DNA of 64,000 nt. Source: a virus. The notes under the pieces are model-generated. The model did not search any database and was not told the origin of the DNA. It worked only from the letters and a program-made list of their open reading frames with translations. This document shows, piece after piece, positions 1-9,672 of this stretch. Where the stretch lies: the IMG/VR virus record IMGVR_UViG_3300036830_000438, positions 3,156 to 67,155 of that record. The stretch is one strand, 5' to 3'. The position numbers were made by a program, and so were the translations under genes. Every line of letters starts with the position of its first letter. Position 1 is the stretch's first letter.

Positions 1-1
1 C

Positions 2-322
2 GTCATCGACCAGTTCAAGGACGACAGCGGTAATTGGCCGACGAACGAGATCACGCAGGCGAAGCTCTTCGGGTGGACGCACGATGCCCAGCAAGAACGC
101 TGGTTCTGCGGCGCCACTTGCAAGAACCGCTACGAGACGAAGATGCGCGGTCACGGCAACGAGCCGCTCGCCGTCGCGACATCGGGCCAATCGACCGCCG
201 CGCGTGATCTCTACGCGCGCTCCAAGACCATCGTCGATGCCCCCAACGCTATCGACTCGCAAGACACCACGCCGGCAGCGCCGCCCGAGGCAATGCGGCG
301 CAACACCACCCGCACGAAGTGA
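2..322 (+). CDS. Partial CDS upstream of TerL (hypothetical; position of small terminase or neighbour)
   Basis: Frame 2 is open from the window start (VIDQFKDDSG...NTTRTK*). Its TGA overlaps the TerL GTG (GTGA). Confidence 0.6.
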   Translation, partial: VIDQFKDDSGNWPTNEITQAKLFGWTHDAQQERWFCGATCKNRYETKMRGHGNEPLAVATSGQSTAARDLYARSKTIVDAPNAIDSQDTTPAAPPEAMRRNTTRTK

Positions 323-1680
323 CCGCCGCGACGGCGCTCGTCGACTTTCGAGCGTTGCAGGTCCAGAGCGACGCGCATCGCGTTTGGTTGCCCGGTCATC
401 GCATCGGCAACGCGTGGGGACGCGGCACCGGCAAGAGCTGGTTCGCGCGTCACGAGATGTATCTCGACGTGGCCGAATGGGACGACGTCGAGCGTAGGAC
501 AGCGAGCGCGCCCATGCGCGGCGTGCGCATCTTCTACATGTTTCCGACGCTGAAGCACTTCAAGCGTCTCGGTCACGCCGACAAGATGCTCGACGAGCTC
601 TCCGGCGGCGGTGAGTTCGGATTCCTCGGCGCAAAGGTCGACCGAACCGACTGGATCTTCACCTTCCCCGGCGGCTCGTACATTCGAGTGCTTACGGCGG
701 AGTCGAGCAACCGTGGCGCGCGCGCCGACTGCGCTGTGCTCGACGAAGCCGATGAGATCGACATCGCGAAGTTCGAGTCGGAGATCGGTCCGTGGTTCAC
801 GGAGCCGTGGTCTTTCAAAAAGGTGCTCATCACGGGCACGCCCAAGCGTGGCCGATTCGGCCTGCTGTGGAAGGCGTTCTCGGTCTGGCCGAACGGCGAT
901 ATCGAACACGCGCCGCTCGAGCACGCACACGGGTTCCACGCGACGGTCTACGACGCCGACGGATCGATCGTCGACCACGCCGAGGCGAACCGAGCGCGCC
1001 AGACGATCAGTCCGGTTCGCTTCGCCACCGAGTACCTCTGCAACTTCGACTCGGCCGAAGGCCTGGTCTACCCGTTCTTCGACGGCGCGTTCCACGTCCG
1101 CCCGCCGCCGTCGTTCAGTCACTTCCACTCGTACATCGTTGGTGTCGACTACGGCTTCAACGATCCGACGGTGATGCTCGTCATTGGTGTCGCCGGCAGC
1201 GGCAACGACACCATCTGTCACGTGCTTCGCGAGGTCTACGTGACCGGCAAGGCCGCGAGCGAGCTCGTTCCGTACGCGAAACAGATTCAAGCCGACTTTC
1301 CGAAGGCGCGCTGGTACGCAGACCACGATCCCGCCATCAGCAAAACGCTTCACGTCGACGCCGGCGTGAACATCGTGAATGCCGAGAAGGGCGCGGGAAG
1401 CGTCGAGCGCGGCGCCGCGGTCGTTGCAGACGCTCTCTTCGTTCGCGAGGACAAGGACGGGCGCCAGTGGTCGCAGCTCTACATCGATCCGTCGTGCAGG
1501 CACACGATCGACGAGTTCGGGAAGTACAAGCGCCGGCGCGACTCGAAGAACATCGATCGCGTTCTCGACGAGATCGACACGAGCGCCGACGACCATTGCA
1601 TGGACGCGCTGCGCTACGCGCTCGTCTCGTACTTCATCGGTCCCGAGAAACGCATCGAACGTCAGCAGAAACTCCGGTAG
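319..1680 (+). CDS. terL: Terminase large subunit
   Basis: Walker A GRGTGKS, Walker B VLDEADE, coupling motif GTPK, RNase H-like nuclease motifs GVDYG and DHCMDALRY. Confidence 0.95.
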   Translation: MTAATALVDFRALQVQSDAHRVWLPGHRIGNAWGRGTGKSWFARHEMYLDVAEWDDVERRTASAPMRGVRIFYMFPTLKHFKRLGHADKMLDELSGGGEFGFLGAKVDRTDWIFTFPGGSYIRVLTAESSNRGARADCAVLDEADEIDIAKFESEIGPWFTEPWSFKKVLITGTPKRGRFGLLWKAFSVWPNGDIEHAPLEHAHGFHATVYDADGSIVDHAEANRARQTISPVRFATEYLCNFDSAEGLVYPFFDGAFHVRPPPSFSHFHSYIVGVDYGFNDPTVMLVIGVAGSGNDTICHVLREVYVTGKAASELVPYAKQIQADFPKARWYADHDPAISKTLHVDAGVNIVNAEKGAGSVERGAAVVADALFVREDKDGRQWSQLYIDPSCRHTIDEFGKYKRRRDSKNIDRVLDEIDTSADDHCMDALRYALVSYFIGPEKRIERQQKLR

Positions 1681-1686
1681 GTCCAC

Positions 1687-3588
1687 ATGGCGAGCGCACC
1701 CGCGGTCAACGGCGCACCGCAGCGCTCCGACAACGCCCCGAACATTCGGAGCGGTCGCGTGCGGAAGCTCTCCGAGGACCAAGTGCAGGAGCTCATCAAC
1801 GCTCCCAAGACGCCGCGCGTATTCGAGCTCGAGCGCTACCAAGCATTCTTCGAGTGCACCGCATACAACGGGCGGCCCAGCTTCTTCACCGACGACAAGC
1901 CGATGCAGGAGCGAAAGCCCTGCATCATCTATCCGATCGTCAAGATCGCCGCGGAGAGCAACGTCGCATTCGCGATGGGCGAAGGACGCTTCCCGACGGT
2001 GCTGTCGCAATCGAGCGAGGACGACACCCAGTTCGACGACGAGCTCGGCGTATCCAAAGACGAATCGACCATCCTCGATGCGTTCAACGCGAAGCTCGTG
2101 AAGCTCGCGCGTCTCGAGCGCGTGTTTCGTCAGGCGTACCGCATGGCGCAGGCCGCGCGCTCCGTCGCCATCGTCGTCGGCTTCCGCGCGGGGCGTCCCT
2201 TCGCGGACCTCGTATGGTCGAAACTCTGCCGGCCGTTCTTCGACGACCCGCTCGACCCGCAGAAGTGCACGCGTCTCGAGATTCGCTATCGCTACACCGA
2301 GAAGTGGCGTGACCCGGCGCTCACCGGCGGCGAGTGGTGGACGCGAGTGTTCGAATACCTGCGCGTCATCGACGACACGTACGACACGGTCTACCAGCCC
2401 GTGGACGTCTGGGATGTCACCGACCCCGGCGCGATCGACCGCAAGAGCGCAACGCGCTCCGTCACGAAACACGACTTCGGCTTTTGCCCCGTTCACTGGT
2501 ACGCGCGCAACCTTGAAAGCGTCATCGGCTCCGAAGTCGACGGCCGCGCGCTCCACGACGGCTCATGTGATCTCATCGAGCAACTCGACTTCGCGCTGAG
2601 CCAGCGCCACCGCGCCGCCATCTACGCAGGCGATCCGCAGACGGTCCTCACCGGCATCACGGACGACGACGACCTCGGCGCCACCGGTCGCACGCTCGAT
2701 CCAAACCTCACGACGCTCGCCCAAGAGGGCGGCAAGAAATACGGCCAGGCGTTCGCAGCGCCGTTTCGCACGACGAGTGGCGCCCTGAAGCGCGGCGTCA
2801 TGCATCCCTGGATGATCAAGGATCCGGCCGGCAAAGCCGTGGTCATCGCGCTTCCCGGCGATGCTCTCGACGCGCTCGACAAGGACGCCCAGGACATCGG
2901 TTCGAAGGTTTGCGACGCGCTCGGTATCACCATCGTCGACCCGTCGATGTTCGGCGGAGGCGGCGACCTGTCCGGTCGCACGCTCGCCTTCATCTTCTCG
3001 AAGCAGATCAACCGCGTCTCGCAGGATCGCGAGGACCTCGGGCGCTGCTGCATCCTGCCAGTGCTGAATCTCTTCTACCGTATGCTCGTCAAGCGCTCGG
3101 ACGGCGTGTACCTGCCGGGCATCAAAAAGACGACGCCGATCCTCGCGCGATTCTACAAGGACGTCGCCGCGAATGACGTCGACGGCAACGCGATCACCGT
3201 CAAGGTGTGGTTCGCGCCGCAGCTCGAGCTCAAGTGGGGCGACTACTTCGAACCGAGCGATGTCGACGAGTCGACGCGCGTCGGTACCGCGGTCGCGGCC
3301 TACTCCGCGAAGGTCATCACCCTCAAGACCGTCATCGAGCACCTCCGCGGCGTGTTCGCGATCTCGAACGTGGACCAGTACGCCGACACGCTCCAGAAGG
3401 AAGTCGCGCAGCGACAGCAGGAGGCGATCGCCACCGCGCAAGCGATGGCTCCGACCAACGGTCCGCCGAAACCAGGCGCGCCGAAAGGTGACGCGCCTGC
3501 AGCGCAGCAATCACCGAACGCCGCGCCGCCCGCGAGCTCCACCCCGAAGGCGTCACGTAAAGCGCCGCTGAAGAAGAAAGCAGCATGA
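1687..3588 (+). CDS. Portal protein
   Basis: 633 aa directly after TerL. Has an HDFGFCPVHW portal-like motif and a Pro/Lys-rich C-terminal tail. Confidence 0.85.
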   Translation: MASAPAVNGAPQRSDNAPNIRSGRVRKLSEDQVQELINAPKTPRVFELERYQAFFECTAYNGRPSFFTDDKPMQERKPCIIYPIVKIAAESNVAFAMGEGRFPTVLSQSSEDDTQFDDELGVSKDESTILDAFNAKLVKLARLERVFRQAYRMAQAARSVAIVVGFRAGRPFADLVWSKLCRPFFDDPLDPQKCTRLEIRYRYTEKWRDPALTGGEWWTRVFEYLRVIDDTYDTVYQPVDVWDVTDPGAIDRKSATRSVTKHDFGFCPVHWYARNLESVIGSEVDGRALHDGSCDLIEQLDFALSQRHRAAIYAGDPQTVLTGITDDDDLGATGRTLDPNLTTLAQEGGKKYGQAFAAPFRTTSGALKRGVMHPWMIKDPAGKAVVIALPGDALDALDKDAQDIGSKVCDALGITIVDPSMFGGGGDLSGRTLAFIFSKQINRVSQDREDLGRCCILPVLNLFYRMLVKRSDGVYLPGIKKTTPILARFYKDVAANDVDGNAITVKVWFAPQLELKWGDYFEPSDVDESTRVGTAVAAYSAKVITLKTVIEHLRGVFAISNVDQYADTLQKEVAQRQQEAIATAQAMAPTNGPPKPGAPKGDAPAAQQSPNAAPPASSTPKASRKAPLKKKAA

Positions 3589-4166
3589 CGAAAGCGCTCA
3601 TCGCCGACTCACTGCCGCAAATCTTCTACGACCCGCCGACGCAGCAAGCGCGACGCGCGCGCTCCAAGAAAGCCAAGGCCGGTCCCGCGCTCCCGCCGAA
3701 GGCGCCACCGAACCCCGCTCGCATGGCCGCCGAGCAACTCGCTCGCTTCTCCCTCCTGCCCGGCTGGCAGGACTTCGCACACGCCTGCGCGCAGCTGCAG
3801 GGCTTCACGAACACCCCAGGCTGGGAAGACAACAGCTCGCCGCCACGCAAGACCGTTCCGAACGCCAAGCCCATCGACCTCGCGCAGTGGGGCGCAGCGA
3901 TGGCAACCGCCGGCATCATCGCATCGAACGGTGACATCGAGCTCCCGAAACCGGGTGTCGATCCGCTGGGGTTCCTCTGGCTCTACTGGGACACCGGCAC
4001 CACGCAGTTCGCGCTCGAGCTCCACTCCGGGATGCTCCAGCAAACATACAAATGGCGCCGCGTCGTCGACGGACAGCCGCGCGAACATGCTGCGACGTCG
4101 CTCGACGAGGTCATCCTCGCGATTCGAGCGTTCGCAGTCGAAGCACGCAGGGAGGCAGCACCGTGA
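3585..4166 (+). CDS. Hypothetical protein
   Basis: ATGA overlap with portal; phage-like codon usage. Confidence 0.7.
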   Translation: MTKALIADSLPQIFYDPPTQQARRARSKKAKAGPALPPKAPPNPARMAAEQLARFSLLPGWQDFAHACAQLQGFTNTPGWEDNSSPPRKTVPNAKPIDLAQWGAAMATAGIIASNGDIELPKPGVDPLGFLWLYWDTGTTQFALELHSGMLQQTYKWRRVVDGQPREHAATSLDEVILAIRAFAVEARREAAP

Positions 4167-4717
4167 TCCACACCAGCTACACGTGCCAGAGCTGCCAAAA
4201 GACGTCGTTCCCCCACTTCATCCTCGCGGACAAGGGCCCGCGCGCGGGCAAGCTCGTCGTCGAGTGCCCCAATCCGGAATGCCTGCGCGTCGACAACGCG
4301 CTTGGCCCGGAGCATTTCAACAGCGGCGTCGCCGCGATCCGGGACGAGTCGAAGCCCGACGGCGAAGGCTGGCAGGGAAAACGACAAGTCATCGTCGACA
4401 CGAACGCCGACGTTGCCACGCAGACAGCGCAGCTCGCGCAGGTTGGCGCCACACCCTCCGCACCCGCGGTGGAGCACGTTGGGCGTCATGTCGTCACTCA
4501 AGCGGCGCCCAAAGACATCGTGACGCTGCTCCAGGAGAAGTCGTTGGCGCTCGCCGCTGAAGAGGCGCGTCTCACGGACACGATCGCCAACGCGAAACTG
4601 CAACTCGACGCAACGAAGGCCGAACGCAAGCGCATCGAGAAGATGCTCGCGGTCGGTCGTCGCGACCAGGCGCGCGCGCAAGCTGCGAACATCGACATCA
4701 CGAGCTTGAGGAACTGA
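4163..4717 (+). CDS. Zn-ribbon plus coiled-coil hypothetical protein
   Basis: GTG start after GGAGG; CQSC...CPNPEC motifs; C-terminal coiled coil. Confidence 0.7.
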   Translation: MIHTSYTCQSCQKTSFPHFILADKGPRAGKLVVECPNPECLRVDNALGPEHFNSGVAAIRDESKPDGEGWQGKRQVIVDTNADVATQTAQLAQVGATPSAPAVEHVGRHVVTQAAPKDIVTLLQEKSLALAAEEARLTDTIANAKLQLDATKAERKRIEKMLAVGRRDQARAQAANIDITSLRN

Positions 4718-4721
4718 CGCC

Positions 4722-5105
4722 ATGGCGCTGATCATGAGCGGGCGCCCCTTCTGGGGATACGTCCAACTGACCAACGGCGCGCCCGGCCCCGTGAACATTC
4801 CGATCTTCACGGTGCGCGGTGTTGCCGCGTACACGATCCAGGCGAATGATCTGCTCTACATCACGAGCATCGCGCTCTCGAGCAACGACACGACGCAAGC
4901 CCTCGTCACCGTCGACTCGGGCGGCACGACGCCGACGAAGTTCGCATCACAGTACTTGTCGGCAACGCAGCCGCCGGGCGTCGTGCAGTTCGCATGGGGC
5001 ACGGCCCCGGGAATCTTCGGCACGCTGCTGCGCGCAACGGCGAGCGCGATCACCGCGGCAAAGACGGTCGAAGTCCTGATCCAGGGCGCGATCTCGAAAA
5101 CCTGA
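4722..5105 (+). CDS. Putative virion structural protein
   Basis: Thr/Ala/Val-rich beta-type sequence in the head module. Confidence 0.6.
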   Translation: MALIMSGRPFWGYVQLTNGAPGPVNIPIFTVRGVAAYTIQANDLLYITSIALSSNDTTQALVTVDSGGTTPTKFASQYLSATQPPGVVQFAWGTAPGIFGTLLRATASAITAAKTVEVLIQGAISKT

Positions 5106-5192
5106 GCGCACGCCGCGCTCGAAATACTCATCGGCCGCTCATGGTGAGCGCGTCGCTCGAGACCTGTTTGCTTACAGCAAGAGAGGCACCTC

Positions 5193-5672
5193 ATGGCCAC
5201 CAAGTTCGGCAACGTCAAAGGCATCAAGTTCATGGAAGAGGCCCTCGGCCTCGGCCAGAACCGATCCGGCATCGCGCTCGTCACGTTCGACATTGTCGGC
5301 GGCGCCGTCTACACCGGCGGTTCCGACACACTACAACTCGGGTCCGCATCCGGATCGCAGGCGTACGAAAACGGCGTCCTGTCGACCGTCGCACTCACGG
5401 TCGCGACGATGCTGCAGAACCGTCGACGCGACGGTCGCACGGTCACGCTCGTACAGTGCATGGGCGGCTGGTGCGGCGCGCAAGCGGCTGCGACCAACGG
5501 CCCGAACATCTTCGCTCAGACCGTTGCGGTCTCGTCGGGCAACCTCACGCTGAACCTCTTCAACGCGGCCACTGGCGGCTCGGCCATCACGACCACGACC
5601 GCCGCATGGGACCGCGCCGCGACGCTCCTCGTCGAGTTCACGGCGACGTACACGAGCAACAACCCCGAGTAA
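5193..5672 (+). CDS. Putative head decoration/structural protein
   Basis: GAGAGG RBS; beta-rich 159 aa upstream of scaffold and capsid. Confidence 0.6.
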   Translation: MATKFGNVKGIKFMEEALGLGQNRSGIALVTFDIVGGAVYTGGSDTLQLGSASGSQAYENGVLSTVALTVATMLQNRRRDGRTVTLVQCMGGWCGAQAAATNGPNIFAQTVAVSSGNLTLNLFNAATGGSAITTTTAAWDRAATLLVEFTATYTSNNPE

Positions 5673-5783
5673 CGAACGACGATAGCGAGGCGGTTCAAAA
5701 CGAGCCGCCTCGCGTCCTCCTACGGGCTCGCGCCCCGGTAGAACGCGCGCAACAAAAGGCCCTCATCAGGCCAGGAGACACGC

Positions 5784-6473
5784 ATGACCGATCCCGTCAC
5801 GCCGCCCGTAGCGGCCCCAGCTCCCGTCACGACCGCCGCCCCGCTCGCTGCCCCGCCTGCCCCTGCTCCGACCCCGAACACCATCGCGCCCGACGTCCCG
5901 AACGTCGGCGAACCCGGCTGGCTCAAGGCACGGACCGATCGCGCCAAGGAAGACGGTCGGAAAGAGTCCCGCAAGGAACTCAAGTCCGAACGCAAAGCCG
6001 CGAAGGCCGCCGCTGCCGAAGCGGTCGCGATGAAAGAGTCCGCGGTCGCAGAAGTCGCAGCTGCGAATCGCGCTGCCGACGCCGTGCTCGCAGAAGTTCC
6101 CGAAGCCGAGCGCACCGCGCTTCTCGCACAAGCTGGAACGAGTGCAGCCAAAAAGCTCGAGCTCTTCGCCGCGTGGAAACTCGCGCGCGGGGCGGTTCAG
6201 CCGGCAGCGACGCCACCGGCCGCAGCAGTTCCCGTCGCGCCGCCCACGCCGCCGGCGGTTCCTCCTCCTGCCGCGCCACTCGCGCCTCCAGTGACGAGCG
6301 CCGCTCCACCCGCCGCGCCTCCGCCGCCAACGCCGAACGCACCCACCGATCACCGAGCGACGTACGACGCGCTCCGCTCGAGCAACCCGTACCTCGCGTC
6401 TCAGTACCTCCTCAACCACCGCGAAGAAATCTATCCGCCACGCACCTTCGACCAGGTGCCGAAGCGCACATAA
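5784..6473 (+). CDS. Putative capsid scaffolding protein
   Basis: AGGAG RBS; Pro/Ala-rich with a central charged helix; immediately before the capsid gene. Confidence 0.65.
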   Translation: MTDPVTPPVAAPAPVTTAAPLAAPPAPAPTPNTIAPDVPNVGEPGWLKARTDRAKEDGRKESRKELKSERKAAKAAAAEAVAMKESAVAEVAAANRAADAVLAEVPEAERTALLAQAGTSAAKKLELFAAWKLARGAVQPAATPPAAAVPVAPPTPPAVPPPAAPLAPPVTSAAPPAAPPPPTPNAPTDHRATYDALRSSNPYLASQYLLNHREEIYPPRTFDQVPKRT

Positions 6474-6478
6474 CGACT

Positions 6479-6505
6479 CCGAGGGCCTCGCGCGCTCGGG
6501 TTTTT
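6479..6505 (+). terminator. Hairpin plus T5 tract before the capsid gene
   Basis: CCGAG...CTCGG stem followed by GTTTTT. Confidence 0.45.
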
Positions 6506-6513
6506 CATAAGGA

Positions 6514-7647
6514 ATGACCATGGCGATCATCAACCGCGCGTCACTGCCCGAAGAGTTTTTCGACATCACGAGCTCGATGGTGCTCGTGCAACCCGAGCCC
6601 CAGTACGTCTTCGCGCAGCTCGCGAAGATGGCGCTCGGCTCGGCGATGCTGCTTGCCGCTGCAGGCGCGCTTGGCATCTCGCCGACGCGTCAGATCGCCG
6701 ACACGGGCCAGCAGTACACGCTGCCCGGCGCCGATCGGCTGAATCTCGCGCAGCCCGATCCTCAAGTCAGCAACATGATCTTGAGCGTCGCGGAGCTCTC
6801 GATCCCGCAGATCGGTCACACGATCCGGATCAACCGCCCGCGCTACGGCTCCGGCGGCTTCACGCTCGCGAACCGCGAGATCCCGAGCGGCACGCAGATC
6901 TCCACGACGCCGATCGATCTGCAAAGCGAGCAGGTCACCGTCACGCTGAAGCGCTACGGCGGCCCGTACGACCCGGCGAACAACAACGTCGCTCCGTTCG
7001 CGCTCGATCGCTTCGACTCGTCGCGATCGGTCCACTCGATCGCCCAAATCGTCGGCCTGCACATGCAGCGCGACTTCGACAAATGGGCGGACATCGTCAC
7101 GGCGGCGTTCCTCTCCGCCGGCACGACGACGCTCTGGCCGACCGGCTTCACGGCCGACAACAACAGCCAGATCGCCGGCGACATGCCGATGGACATCGAC
7201 GTCCTCTTCCGCGGCTACGAAACGCTGAAGAACGCGAACATCCCGATGTTCCCGAACGGACGCTACCGCGCGTTCATCTCGCCGACGCAGGCGCGTCAGC
7301 TGAAGAACGATGCGCAACTCGCGGGCTACAACCGCTACGACACGAGCGGGCTCAACCCCGTCACCGCGCCCGGCGGCAACCCGAACGCGGGTTACCTGTT
7401 CTCGTTCACCGGCTGCGACGTCTACGAGGCCACGACGCTCTCCGCGACGAACAACGCGCAATCGATCCCGGTCACGACCGGCATCATGGGCGGTCCGGGA
7501 ATGATGGCGCTTGGCGCCGGCGCGCTGCCGTACGTCACGAGCTCTACGGACGACAACTACGGCGAGTCGGCGAAGGTCATCTGGCTTTCGTACCTCGGCT
7601 GGAACCTCTCGGACGCGCGGTTCGGCGTCCAGATGCACACGAGCTGA
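6514..7647 (+). CDS. Major capsid protein
   Basis: 377 aa after the scaffold. HK97-fold-like motifs GHTIRINR, LKNANIP, YRAFISPTQARQLKND. Confidence 0.85.
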   Translation: MTMAIINRASLPEEFFDITSSMVLVQPEPQYVFAQLAKMALGSAMLLAAAGALGISPTRQIADTGQQYTLPGADRLNLAQPDPQVSNMILSVAELSIPQIGHTIRINRPRYGSGGFTLANREIPSGTQISTTPIDLQSEQVTVTLKRYGGPYDPANNNVAPFALDRFDSSRSVHSIAQIVGLHMQRDFDKWADIVTAAFLSAGTTTLWPTGFTADNNSQIAGDMPMDIDVLFRGYETLKNANIPMFPNGRYRAFISPTQARQLKNDAQLAGYNRYDTSGLNPVTAPGGNPNAGYLFSFTGCDVYEATTLSATNNAQSIPVTTGIMGGPGMMALGAGALPYVTSSTDDNYGESAKVIWLSYLGWNLSDARFGVQMHTS

Positions 7648-7706
7648 ACGCACACGACGGAGGCGCCGCGCGCTGAGCAACAAACTCGCTCGCGGCGTCC
7701 TCACAA

Positions 7707-7776
7707 GCGGGTGTCCGGGTGGCTCCGGCGCTTTTCTGCCAAGAAAGACGGCGTGGTTCGACTCCACGCATCCGCT
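7707..7776 (+). tRNA. tRNA-Gly(GCC)-like gene with atypical D-arm
   Basis: Acceptor GCGGGTG/CATCCGC with U discriminator; anticodon arm CTTTT-CTGCCAA-GAAAG; T-arm CGTGG-TTCGACT-CCACG; short D-arm CCGG-GTGGCT-CCGG. No encoded CCA. Confidence 0.7.
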
Positions 7777-7879
7777 CCGCGAATCGATCACTCGACCTGC
7801 GCACACACGCTCTTCTTTGGAAAAGAACCGCTCCGCCTCGCGCGGAGCAAGCGCGGCTCACTCGAACGATTCGCCTAAT

Positions 7880-7953
7880 GGGCTGTTAGCTCCAATTGGA
7901 AGAGCGCCTGCCTTGCAAGCAGGATGTTGCTGGTTCGAATCCAGCACGGTCCA
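7880..7953 (+). tRNA. tRNA-Ala(TGC)
   Basis: Canonical cloverleaf: GGGCTGT/ACGGTCC with G3:U70, D-stem GCTC/GAGC, loop CTTGCAA, T-arm GCTGG-TTCGAAT-CCAGC, A73. Confidence 0.95.
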
Positions 7954-8022
7954 CCGCGGGAACGACACCACGTCCTTCCCTTTCCTCAAGCAGCGCGACA
8001 GGCCGCGCAAAGGGACACGTCC

Positions 8023-8514
8023 ATGGCTTTCAATCAACGATTGGTTTTCGCGGGCGGGTTCACCGGCGCGAGCACCGCATACGTCGCGACGGGCTTCACC
8101 ACGTTCAAGGGCTCGCAGATCGCGCTCACGACTGTCACGAGCGGTTCGACTGCATCGACCGCGGGACTCTCGCTCGCACTCGGTTCGCAAGACGTCGAGT
8201 GGGACTCGCTCGCGGCACTCGTCGAGACCGACGTCACCACGAACACGATCACCGTCGCGTCGAAGTGGCAGGTGTCGCCCGACAACACGAACTGGTGCGA
8301 CCTCGTGAATCTCAACGGCGTTGCGAAGCTCCAGATCTCGGCCGCGGGAACGGGCTCACTGGTCACGACCATCTACATGCACCCGCTCGCGGGCATCAAT
8401 CCCTCGGTGCGCTACTTGCGCCTCGCGGTGGTGGTCGGCGTCGTCACGGGCGGTGCTGGCGACAACGTGACCGTCTCGTACTGCTACCGAAAGCGGCTCT
8501 CGAGCGAGGCCTGA
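8023..8514 (+). CDS. Putative virion structural protein (beta-sandwich)
   Basis: MAFNQRLVF start after AAGGGA; Thr/Ser/Val-rich. Confidence 0.7.
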   Translation: MAFNQRLVFAGGFTGASTAYVATGFTTFKGSQIALTTVTSGSTASTAGLSLALGSQDVEWDSLAALVETDVTTNTITVASKWQVSPDNTNWCDLVNLNGVAKLQISAAGTGSLVTTIYMHPLAGINPSVRYLRLAVVVGVVTGGAGDNVTVSYCYRKRLSSEA

Positions 8515-8523
8515 GGTCGCGCT

Positions 8524-9174
8524 ATGAGTCTTCTCCCCCACGAGCTCGACATCTGCAAACAGCAGCTCGGGTATCCGCTCACGCGCCTCGGCGCCGAGCC
8601 GTGGGTGGCGTACGTGGTCATCTTCGACCGCGTCATACAACCGTTCCTCTTTGACAACTCGACGACGAGCTCGACAACCGTCGCTGCAAACGCAGGCAAC
8701 ACGACCATCACCGTGGCCGCGAACCCCGCCGCTGCAAACGACGCCACGAAGCTCACGTTCAACGTCGGCACGAGCGTCGTCGTCGACGTCGGTCTCTCGC
8801 TCGAGACGTCGACGATCGCCGCCATCTCAGGGTTGTCGTTCACGCTGAACCTCGTCAACGCGCACACCGCGCCGTATCCCATCTGGCCCAACGGCGCTGA
8901 ATGGGTTGTTCGCGGGATTCTCACACGCATCGCGACGATCGAAGCGAACATGACCTCGATCGCACCAACGACGGCCGGCGCGAAAAAGGTGGACGAGATC
9001 GAGATGTACTCGTCGAGCAAGAACGGCGGTCGCGGCGCGACGCGCGATACGTTCGAATCGCTCCTCCAGCAGCGCGCGCAGGCGCGTCACGATCTTGCCG
9101 GCGCGCTCGGCGTCACGAATCTCTGGAAACTTCGCTCCGGCGGCTCGCGACCTTCGCGCGTTGAGGCGTACTGA
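8524..9174 (+). CDS. Putative head-tail adaptor protein
   Basis: Position after capsid; helical termini around a beta insertion; AKKVDEIE motif. Confidence 0.55.
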   Translation: MSLLPHELDICKQQLGYPLTRLGAEPWVAYVVIFDRVIQPFLFDNSTTSSTTVAANAGNTTITVAANPAAANDATKLTFNVGTSVVVDVGLSLETSTIAAISGLSFTLNLVNAHTAPYPIWPNGAEWVVRGILTRIATIEANMTSIAPTTAGAKKVDEIEMYSSSKNGGRGATRDTFESLLQQRAQARHDLAGALGVTNLWKLRSGGSRPSRVEAY

Positions 9175-9665
9175 TGGCCGGTGGTTCGACGACGCCGCGC
9201 AACCTGCTCCTTCCCGTCGTCGACAAGCTTCGCGGCATCCCAGGGCTATTCGGTCTGCGACTCTTCACCGTCTCCGTCGTTACCCGCACATGGAACGGCT
9301 CTCGACCTGGCGTCGATAGCTCAACCTCATCGGACACGACGACCGGCATCAAGGTCGACGTAGGCACGTACCAAACGAAGGTCACGCAGATCACGACACG
9401 CGACGTGATCGCAAGCGGCGGCATTTACACGGACCAAGATGTGCGGGTGGGGCCCATCACGCCGCCGTACACAGGGTCGGCGCAAGACGGCGACGCGATT
9501 ACGGTCTTCGACCCCGCTCCTGGCGTGGCGCCGGCGGAGATCTTTTTCAACATCAAAGGCCCCGGGTACCCGACAGCGGGCGCGTGGTTCAAGAAACTCT
9601 CTCAGGACGTGACGCGTCCCATGCATTACGAGTTCGTGTTGCGACGATCTGCCGAAACGCCGTGA
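9174..9665 (+). CDS. Putative head closure/neck protein
   Basis: TGATG coupling; position in neck module; beta-rich. Confidence 0.55.
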   Translation: MAGGSTTPRNLLLPVVDKLRGIPGLFGLRLFTVSVVTRTWNGSRPGVDSSTSSDTTTGIKVDVGTYQTKVTQITTRDVIASGGIYTDQDVRVGPITPPYTGSAQDGDAITVFDPAPGVAPAEIFFNIKGPGYPTAGAWFKKLSQDVTRPMHYEFVLRRSAETP

Positions 9666-9672
9666 GGTCTCG

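Noticed and set aside
211-2556. Long antisense ORFs (e.g. 211-2556, 12562-14244, 16134-17933, 55848-57782)
   Set aside because: Shadow ORFs opposite clear phage genes; expected in high-GC DNA with strong codon bias; no motifs.
7777-8022. Theta/HDV-like ribozyme after the tRNAs
   Set aside because: I could not build the nested double pseudoknot by eye; only simple stems are evident.
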